From: Chrysomallon squamiferum
Taxonomy: Eukaryota > Animalia > Mollusca
Direction of reading: 5' to 3'
Assembly (NCBI GenBank): GCA_012295275.1
Contig: CM022668.1
Span: forward strand, 3,472,001-3,536,000
Length of the DNA: 64,000 nt
In this document: piece by piece, positions 54,661-64,000 of the stretch
How the letters are laid out: the number at the start of each line of letters is the position of its first letter
How positions within the stretch are numbered: position 1 is the stretch's first letter
The notes under the pieces: generated by a model
What the model was told of the DNA's origin: nothing
What the model saw: the letters and a program-made list of their open reading frames with translations, nothing else
Databases searched by the model: none
Translations under genes and position numbers: made by a program

Positions 54661-55179
54661 TAATTTCAAATTAAGAATAAAATGTTTACTTTGTCAGATC
54701 AACTTTATGATGTCAGTGTATTACGCATATAAAGGGATTATCCAGCTTTTATATAAACAAAAATTATTGTTTGCATTAATGATAAAATTTAAAATAACAT
54801 AAAATAAATAAATAAAAATGTATATTCTTTTGTTTAGTCTAATATATGATTAAAAAATTTCAAATAAAAGAATAAAATGTTGTTTCTTTTGTTTAATTTT
54901 CTTCATTTTGACTGGTCATTATTCGCATATGAAAACAAGAATGAATAAACCAGTGAATGAAGAAAACGATTTAACGATTGAATATTTGTTTAACACTCTG
55001 AAACAACAATGACTTGCTTCTTTAGCTTTCGTTTCTATGTTTTATGAAATAAGAGATATAAATTTACATTCGTCACATATTAGCTACTCTTACTAATTAG
55101 CCTTGGATTTTGGTCTGACTTGAGTATTCTTTGCTAAAACAAAACAAGAGTAGATTTTATAAATGTATGACAGTGGCTA

Positions 55180-55310
55180 GTACCGCCTGCAAGTCGTTTA
55201 AGTCATAGCCTATATTCCTGTATTTTTACTTTTATTGACTGGCGACAAGGTATCTTTTATTTTAAAAATAAAAATAGACAGGTAAGCACATACCACAACG
55301 TTTTACAAAT
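55180..55310 (-). mobile_element. Decayed SINE-like repeat copy
   Basis: GGCGACAAGGTATCTTTTATT...AGACAGGTAAGCACATACCAC; same family blocks as the 14.5 kb copy. Confidence 0.45.
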
Positions 55311-56827
55311 AAATGGCACCTCCCAGCCAGAACCGTTTTTGCTTGACGATTAATTATCACGTTTGAACGATACACGTGACAAAATGACCTGGGTCAAGTC
55401 TGTTGCGTGGACTGGTGGAATTCAATCGTGCGTAAGTTATAATTCAATAATGACTGCTCACAAGCTTATCACTCACATCAGTTACACGTGACTAACACGT
55501 TCGTGTGTCGCCGCTATAAATCCTAGAGGCGCTGAGATTTGTTCCTGAAAGCATCGCGATTGCATTATTCCACGAGCATCACGCTTCATTAGTCGTAAAT
55601 GGGGGTCGAACCGTGGTCCTAATTGACACAATGATTGTGCTGCTAATATAAACGACGGAATGGCTATTTGTTGAAAACTTGGCGAGACAATCGAGAATCG
55701 AATACTTCCTCTATCCAGCTTTTGTAACAGCACGTGTTCGAAAGCGGTTAGGGGTTGCAGTGGGTCGCTACAGCTGAAATACTGGGCAACACCGATATCT
55801 GGTTGAAACAATGCATGTAGTGTTTATTTATTTATTTACAAACAAAAGCACTACTTTGTAAACACACGACAACAAATGAAGGCATTTTGTTTATTTATAT
55901 TATATGATCATGTTTGTGTTTTATATGTTGGAATCGTATGTATACGTATGAACATATGTATGTATTTGTTTGTATGTCTGAAAGTTTGTTTATATATATA
56001 TATATATCTCATAACGTAAGTTAAAAAATGTCTGCTTCAAGTCAAACACACTCTGTGATTTCTTCCCATATTTTAATAAATATATTTACTGTTATTATTA
56101 TAACACTGTCCTTATAGAAATCGCTACATAGTTGAGGATATAAAAGTATTCGTCTTTGTGTCAAATATATAACCATCGGATTATAATATTTCATCCTGGA
56201 AAATAATAAAAGTTTGACACATATTTTCTTTTGTTTTTGGCTTCGATTTTCTATTAAAACAGTTAAATCGATTTTTCAAAAATAATTACATACTCAAATG
56301 TTATGTTCATTTTTTTCATTAAAAATGTTTTATTTTGCTCTTTCGAGGCTATAAACTGTTTAGAAAGTATTGGTGCATTAAACATAATAAATTAGTGGCG
56401 CATAAAAAAGAGTATATAAGTTTATTTCCAATTACAATAAACTGTAAAACGAAGTCTGTTTGAAACTTGTGAAAACCTTTCAGAGGATTCCATACACATC
56501 TTCGCCACCAGGAAAAACCCGGGCATAAACTGATTTTATTGCTCTGGCGTATGACACTTGAAAAGCTTTTTCAATCTAATTCTTCCATTTGCTCGTTCCA
56601 GATAGAGCATTCAGCTATTACACATGTTGACTAACACTCGAATCAACTCGGAAAGCGATGGCGGAACTACAAACATGGCGAGTTTCATTCTAACACAAAT
56701 TTGCCATCTCAAGTCACAAATAAATGAGGGAAACAATTCTGGGCCATTTTCTGATAGACTGTATTTATGTTCCTACATCTAGTGTAAACGACTTTAATTG
56801 TTAATTATTCTTATTACTTTTTATCTA

Positions 56828-56851
56828 TTCTTCTTCTTACTATTACTACTG

Positions 56852-56916
<65 letters not shown>

Positions 56917-56965
56917 ACTACTACTACTACTTCTACTACTGCTACTACTACTACTACTACTACTA
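56828..56965. repeat. Compound trinucleotide microsatellite (TAC)n(TGC)n(TAC)n
   Basis: Direct reading. Confidence 0.95.
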
Positions 56966-57700
56966 TATAACAATTGAGAAATAGCTTTATACCTGGGAAT
57001 TTAAAAGTATTTATATTTATCTCAAATATATTAGCTTTACGATAACCATTGGTTTAAAATAAATAATAAAACTTTTGCTTCGAGTTTCTATTAAGAAACT
57101 GAATCGATTAATAGATAATAGCCACATACTCAAATGTTACATTCTATTTTTTTTAAATCAAATTTATAAAAACATATTGATTATGTATATTTATGTACAC
57201 GTGTATGTATGAATGCATATGTATATATATATAATATTAGAGAAGCAATTAGTTTAGGTGTACTAGAACGAGACTAGAACGTATGGCGTCTAGTCTTCCG
57301 CACTCGACCATACCATTCACCTGCATAGGAGGCTGGACGGTGGGGTGTCGGCCCGGGAAGTCGACACATCTGTTTTGTTTAGTACCGGGACGTAGACATT
57401 TCTGACTGTTACGAGACGCCTTTTTTGTTAACAAGGAGATGAGAACCCTGAAGCAGAATGTTATGTGATTACTGTCCTTTGTAGATTTCTAATTATGCTT
57501 CCATTAATTCAGTAGGTACCTGAGTGTTTTCATTTATTGTTTATTTGCTCGTATTATGCTCAACCAATTTACTGTTTTGGGTAGTAAATTTTTCTTTCTC
57601 TTATACTGAGCAGGCACTTGTGTAATACATTGGTTCTTTTCCCGGTTTAATCTATATAAAGTTTTATATCAAAATGGAAAACTATTTCACGTTTATCATT

Positions 57701-58250
57701 ATGGCAGCTGCAGACGTTAGAGTGACTTTTATCGATACAGCAATAGGCGGACGACATTTGTATTACAACCAGCACGAATTTCCCATAAATAGAATGTGTG
57801 GAGAGAAAATTTACTGGAGGTGTGCTATGTCGCAATGCAGAGCCTATGTTGTGACTGTGGTCAACATGCTCCAGATGGCAGACCAGATACAGTACAACCA
57901 CGCGGCGATACTATTTATTAAGAATGCTGATGCGTTTAAGGTGAAAGTCATGGACCGAGCTAAAATGGAAACAACGCCAGTTCCTAAGATTTACGCCGAT
58001 GAGATTTCCAATCTCAGGACTTTGTTCCTAACAGATTGTTAGCTGAGATTCCACGTTTTAGTGCCATTAAGACAATACTGTACCGACAGTGACACAAAAT
58101 CCTACCCCGACTACCCCAGACAAGACAGGATATCAATTTAGAAGGAGAGAGGACCCGCACCGAGGGAGGAGATCCTTTTCTACACAACTGACAAGAACAT
58201 GGAGTTGTTGTGTGATGCTATGTTGTATTTTCAGATGGAATATTTATTTA
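57701..58250 (+). pseudogene. FLYWCH zinc finger plus start of MULE transposase, degenerate
   Basis: GGRHLYYNQHEF...KIYWRC...CRA...YNH (FLYWCH), then across stops and shifts IPRFSAIKTILYRQ*HKILPRLPQTRQDINLEG...TTDKNMELLCDA...DGIF. The last motif resembles the first catalytic DGTF of MULE transposases. Nothing recognisable follows. Confidence 0.8.
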
Positions 58251-58296
58251 TGTATTGGTACTGTAATACCCATAACGTAACCAGCGACATGAATTT

Positions 58297-58375
58297 GGAT
58301 TAACCTCGATCGGTAGAGCCTTTCTAATGGGATACTTGACATCTAGTATCGAACCTTCTTAGTGGACCGTGTTTT
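58297..58375 (+). mobile_element. tRNA-derived SINE head fragment nested in the MULE element
   Basis: TAACCTCGATCGGTAGAGC (A-box-like) ... GTATCGAACC (B-box-like) ... GTGGACC, followed by a T run and (GT)n. Confidence 0.45.
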
Positions 58376-59789
58376 TTTTTTATGTTTGCGTGTGTGTGTG
58401 TGTGTGTGTGTGTGCGTGCGTGCGTGCGTGTGTGTGTGTGTGTTTGAGTCAGTGAAGGCACTGAAGATGTATTCCATTTTGCATCAAAATGTTTATTTTA
58501 TACTGATATCATATTTAAAGAAATATTTGTATACAAGACCATCTTCTTTTAATATAATCAGTCTTTTGTCTTCAAAAAATAAAAATAAACTTTAAGGAAT
58601 CTGGATAAATATGTAATTTAATTTGTAACTACCTATATATAACAACCATTTGTTAATATTTTTATTATCTTAATTCTTACGTTTAATTTTTTTTATTCCT
58701 GTGTTTATAAACTGTAACGTATTATACAACTGTTTATGTTTTATAACTATATTCTTGTCTGTCTTGTGTTTATAGTCATGCTGACTTTGGCCAATAAATA
58801 AACTGAACAGAAACTAAAATGTAGAAATAATAGTAGTAGTATTAATAGCTGTGGTACAGTATCATCTCGTTGTCACCTTTTGACTGCGCACACCGTCAAC
58901 CAGGTAAAACGGCAATTAATGAATCCCGGGACATCGACAGATCCTCCTGATACATTTCAGCTTGTCCCGCTAAGTAGACACAATTTTAAGATCATTTATA
59001 GAAATTGTCGACTTCGCGGGCCATAACCACAGTGGGCAAGGTGATATACAGAAAGTTGAGGATGAGAGAATCTCTGGAAGATCAAGTATGAAACAAATGA
59101 AAAGCACCGACAATGTAATTAATTTTTCGTTTAATAACAAGTATACTTTATACCATCTTTACCAAAGCTGGACTATGCATGACATACTAAATAACAACAT
59201 TTATTCACCAGTAGATCATATGCACTTCATACTACGATGCTCTATAAAAAGAAATAACTACTTGAATTAATCATGAATAATATGCACTGGGACAACTGAT
59301 CCATAGATGGCTAATACTTGAAAGAAACTATTTTAAAATAGCTCTGCAGTGACAGACAGATAGGTAATAAATGAACTAATTTTATTTTTCAATTTACTCT
59401 AATCTTCACTGCTCAGTGATCTGTTCAAGTCTGTCAGCTCAGACTGACGTGACTCTCACTCTGCAAATGGATGGGGACTACGGTCACGTCCTCTGCTTTG
59501 TAACTGATATGAAACGGCAACGACATCGTGACTCTGAACGAACCGACTGCTCTCGGGGACAACCACATCGTCACAGACATGGACAAATAAGTCTTTGACA
59601 GACTGCTTCGTATTACCGGAGCTATACGTTTTATTTTGAATTAAACTTTGAAACACGATCAACAAAGCAGGTTGATTAAATTTGCTCGTATAATATTACA
59701 CGCTTCGTTCACATTCAATATTTGCTGTATCTCATGGCCGAGCGGTTTATTTTGTCATTAATTCAGGCTGATACAGATTTACACAAATC

Positions 59790-62330
59790 CAGTGGCGTAG
59801 TGTAGCCCGGGGTAATTTAAACTATTGCGCCTCATCCTAAACTATAAGCTGTTATAAATTCTAGTTTCGTACGTATTTTTTCAATCTAATTAAACAGGAA
59901 TTAAATTTATAAAATAAAATTGCAGCCATGAAAATTTATATCAAAATTATAATAGAACTGTAAAGGATTTCTTGAGATGTTCCTTCTTAAGACCCAATAG
60001 GATCGAAGTATTTTTGTTTATATTTTTGTTTATTGATATTTGATATATCAACAAACAATTTTAGTATTAACTTTATTCCTTCAATATGCTTCAAATTAAA
60101 AAGAAAAGACAATAAAAGAACCAAGCTATACAGATACATATGTTTACCCTGTTCATTAAATATTTTAAGAAAAAACAAAACAAACTTGCCTCACTAGAGT
60201 ATAATAACAGCAGACCGAATACAATAAGCAAGTAATATATATATGTTTACACTTCTCTGTTCATTGATTTACTGTATAGCTAAACCACAGAAAGTCACAT
60301 ATACATTCAATTGTCCCAGGATAAGTATAACAAATTATTTGAATACTATATAAAATAGAACATTGAATATCAGTATTCAGTTTATTTAAAATCCTCTGGA
60401 TTTTATTCATGCAAATTTTTCAATTATACTTTCAAAATTTACATGAAAATCTCTTTCAACAGACAGGTTTGCGGGTCATTAATCTTTCCTGGCTCATAGT
60501 TGACGGCTGATTTGTCTTTATTAACTTTAATTTTGAGAAACTTCTTTCGCAACTGGCACTGGAAAAATAATAGTGAAAACAATTCTCATTGCCACAAAAA
60601 TGTCAGTTAAACTTTCTTGTAGCTTTCACTGAATTATCCAGCAAAGTAAATCTGTCCATGTAGAAATGCTGGCATCTGGATGAACTTCTTTAAGTAAAAC
60701 AATGTAGCGTCTAAGACGATGTACTTTAGAGTGATGTGGCGTTTAATTCAGAATATCTTTATCGAAGTTATCTCTCTCTGCATCCAACAATGTTTGCAGA
60801 GAAACGAATAGTGTATTCATCTGTGTTATACGTGTCTTTACTTCTGCTGTTAGCTCATCTGTTGCCTCAAGTTGTTCTCGGCGTGTTTCCTTGATTAAAC
60901 GTAAGCCAAAATCACTACTTTTTTCATCTGACATGTTCTTTACCTTCCAGTTCTTTTTCTGTATAAAATGTCACATATTTTACTCTCTGTGCGTAGCTCT
61001 CTCAGCTACCTCTGCGACAAAAGAATCACCATTTTCTTCATAAAACAGAGTCAGTGCTTTTAGCTTTTGAACATATCGATCAAGTGCAGGTCCTCTTGTT
61101 GAGGGTATACCTGAGCGTCGTTCACTTCAGTAAGCATTGGACTCCAGAAATAAAGTTATGAAAAGAAAGGACAGGTCATAACGCAAATCAGCAACCTGTC
61201 TGCATCTACTTTGGTTTCTGAGTTTCTTCTAATCCATCTTTCAAGCCTTCCAAAGTTTCTATTATTTCTTCAGAGCACTCAGCAAGTTCGAATACACTTC
61301 ATGCTTTGAAATCCATATTGTGTCACAGGATTGCTTCAGATTAACTGGTACATGTTCCTTAAGAATGTCCCACCTATGACTAGAGCTTGAGAAAAATGTG
61401 TACACATTTTACACAACATGAAAACTCACAGACTTTTATTCCTGCACTAGCTTCATGTACACCAGCAAGATTAAGTGAGTGATTGTTAAATGGCACAATC
61501 CCTGCTTTGGGATTTATGTCCAGCATTATAACACCCTTGTCCAAAACAGTGCTCAAGTTTTAGACCATCTGCTTGCAGCTTGTTACAAATTTGCTCTGTA
61601 ATTTCTTTAGTCGATTTCCCAGGTAACTGAATGAAGTCGATAAAAGTCTTCTGTATCTTCAGTGTTCACATATAGTATTACTTGGGACATTTGGTCAGAA
61701 TGCGAAATATCTGTGTACTATCAAACATACATGGCCTCTTAAATTCTTTGAACGATTTAATCATCAAGCAGTTTGATCTCTGTGCTTGCTGAACTTTGTG
61801 AAGATGCTGATTAGCACCTGGGCTATATATGTTCTTGAAAGTTTCAAGACATTCCCCAAGTTCTAATTTGCACTCAGTTCATATGAATGACCACGCAAAG
61901 GTAAGACTTGTGTGGCTGAATACAACACAATCAGGAATTCTTAATATTAGAGTTTTCCATTTCTCAAATGAGTTTCGTGGTGTTATCTGAACAGTAGTTT
62001 CGATTGTCTCACATTTCTGTAGTCGCATTTCAAATCTTTCCACTTTTCAGATGCTTCGACATGATGAGAACTTTTTTCATGATCTAATTTAACTTTGTCC
62101 ATGTTTAAAATCCATCTGATCGTGAAAAAGAAGTTTTCCTTTAGTGTTCTGAAAAGCATGCAAGGAAAGCAATACACAGCACATTTCACTGGAGAAAGCA
62201 GGAACCAAGTTCTTAAAAGTGTCTCACCATTAATCTATTTTCAAAGTTTTATCAACATTTTTTGTGGCCAGTATCAATGAAAACTGAACGAGCACGTGAC
62301 TGTTCTGATGTAGAAGCATGATAACACAAG
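59790..62330 (-). mobile_element. Degenerate hAT DNA transposon (ZMYM1-like / DUF4371 type); only one terminus recognisable
   Basis: hAT-like terminus CAGTGGCGTAG at 59790, downstream of a minus-strand transposase remnant. Confidence 0.75.
60390..62300 (-). pseudogene. Near full-length decayed hAT transposase (TTF-type Zn finger, DUF4371, hATC dimerisation domain)
   Basis: Ordered minus-strand motifs: AVYCFPCMLF, LPLRGH, FDST..SHSDQMSQ, NHSLNLAGVH, YTFFSSSSHRWDILK...CDTIW, SASCERSFSKLKLIK...STMSQERL, LSVE...IIEKFA. Many stops and frameshifts. Confidence 0.88.
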
Positions 62331-62540
62331 GCTGTCTCTGCCCCGCCCATACTGATATTAAATTAAGTTTATTATAGCAAAAAAAAAAAAATTGTTATTA
62401 TCAAGAATCAAATCACTTGTACATTTTGTATGTGACTGAATTAGTAATACAGAGTTAAACTTGGTACTAATCTGATTTGTTTTGGTGTTTCTTACTGTCA
62501 AAACATACATGTTTATTTGTTTGACTGATTACTTACTTAA

Positions 62541-63350
62541 ATGTTTGGAATTTTATCTACACCTCCCAACTCAAATAACTTTATATACAAAGCAGTGAAT
62601 GCTATGCATAGCTTAATAGTTAAAAGTCGTTTGAATAATCTATCCATCGATTGTATACTTGATTTATTTGGCAAAGTAATACAACCAATTTTGTTGCATG
62701 GTTGTGAAATACGGGATTTTACAAATGTATAATAATCGAAAGTCTCCAAATGACTTTTTGTAAGTATTTACTAAATATTAATAAATGTTCCCCTGCTTTT
62801 ATGATCAGTGATGAACTATGATGGTATCTCCTTTGTATTTCTATAAAGGTAAGAATGGTAATCTTTTGGGGGAACGTAACTTGCTAAAACCAAAACATGA
62901 TTTCCTCACAGCTGTATTATTTAATGTATGTTATTGATTTTCCTTGGAACAAATTTGAAAAATATTTTAGATGATTGTGGTGTAACATAGCTTTGGACAT
63001 ATCACAGCTTGAATAGTTATGTGAAATGATATTCAAAATATTACACGATCAGTATCAACAAATATAGAAAAATGAAACTGAAATGTCTCCAACGGGTATT
63101 AATTATAATATTTTTAAAAATTATTTGAAAGTAAAACATTATCTTACGTGTTGCCTCGTATGCTATTGTCTTATGCAAATTTAGAACTTCTAATGTTAAA
63201 CTTTCTGTTGAAACTCGACGATGATTTAATATTCTAAGAGAAAATAGAAAATGTCATAACTGTAATCTTAACAAAATTGGAGACGTATATCATTATATAT
63301 TTGAATGTAGTGATCATATGTTATTAAATGCAAGAAAAGGTATATAATAA
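62541..63350 (+). mobile_element. 3' fragment of a non-LTR retrotransposon ORF2 (RTE-X-like, C-terminal CCHC finger), decayed
   Basis: KAVNAMHSLIVKSRLNNLSIDCILDLFGKVIQPILLHGCEI ... CKFRTSNVKLSVETRR*FNILRENRKCHNCNLNKIGDVYHYIFEC. Clade assignment is from recalled motifs. Confidence 0.78.
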
Positions 63351-63663
63351 TTTGTTTAATAGTAAAAACAAAAAACCAAAACAAACAACACCATAGAATT
63401 ACCTTAACAGTCTATTAAAATGAGTTCATTAAAATAACAACAGAAATAATAAAAATATTAATATCATTCCATTATCTAAATTCTTATTAAAACTGAAAAT
63501 AAATAACAGTAATGTCTGGTATAGTTATAAAACAGATACCAGTCTGAAGCTGTAACGGCTTGAATTTGTAACAGCTGTAGAAATGAGAAATTTCAGAATC
63601 CATCTTAATATCATTGTATACACACAACTTAGTATTCCACAGCTGTTTACACTTAATATACAC

Positions 63664-63800
<137 letters not shown>

Positions 63801-64000
63801 CATACAGATATACACACACTTCTTTTGTAGTAATTTTCCCATTTTTTATTACAGACTGTAAGATTCCGTGATACGAAATGAATAATTTTATTTCTTGCTG
63901 TTGCAAAATATGGAATTCGGTTTCTTCTTCTCTCCGTTCAATAACACAGACTATTCTGTCACTAAAACTGACAAGTGGTCCAAATTTTTTTATATTTTCT

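Larger units (their letters stand above)
57344..59028 (+). mobile_element. Internally deleted MULE/Mutator-like DNA transposon (FLYWCH type)
   Basis: Imperfect TIRs: GGTGTCGGCCCGGGAAGTCGACA (57344) and TGTCGACTTCGCGGGCCATAACC (59006-59028). Flanks ACGGTGGG (57337-44) and ACAGTGGG (59029-36) match at 7 of 8 positions, a candidate TSD; the boundary is ambiguous by 1 nt. Contains an internal FLYWCH/MULE coding remnant. Confidence 0.75.

Noticed and set aside
55482-55811. 109-aa minus-strand ORF
   Set aside because: Non-ATG start in the track, no recognisable domain and no clear splice signals; treated as non-coding.
62331-62362. CCCCGCCCATACTG as the second hAT terminus
   Set aside because: Only CAGT matches the 59790 end, and the 8-bp flanks (CACAAATC versus ATATTAAA) do not form a TSD.

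Overview
AT-rich, microsatellite-dense animal genomic DNA, probably an invertebrate; the repeat content resembles gastropod molluscs, from memory and unverified. There is no prokaryotic-style gene content, and most ORF-track entries are microsatellite or low-complexity artefacts. Positions ~1-31.8 kb look like one very large CpG-depleted intron of a minus-strand gene. Its first coding exon (31832-31967) encodes a signal-peptide-like N-terminus, and a small CpG island with a CCAAT box sits just upstream at ~32.07-32.50 kb. CpG depletion resumes from 32.6 to 40.8 kb and then stops abruptly. The right third is CpG-normal and rich in transposon relics. The main element is a 3548-bp Academ (AcademX-type) DNA transposon at 45072-48619 with TAG...CTA ends, a GAA target-site duplication, and transposase, XPG/FEN1-like and CXC remnants. 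Its 5' part appears to have been replaced by an inverted copy of its own 3' end. Also present are a FLYWCH-MULE element with TIRs, a near full-length degenerate hAT transposase, LINE fragments, tRNA-derived SINE copies and a CpG-rich 36-bp minisatellite. The intron carries an internally deleted Tigger/pogo element, a pogo-type MITE and a 43-bp-arm hairpin. All calls were made by eye, without database searches.
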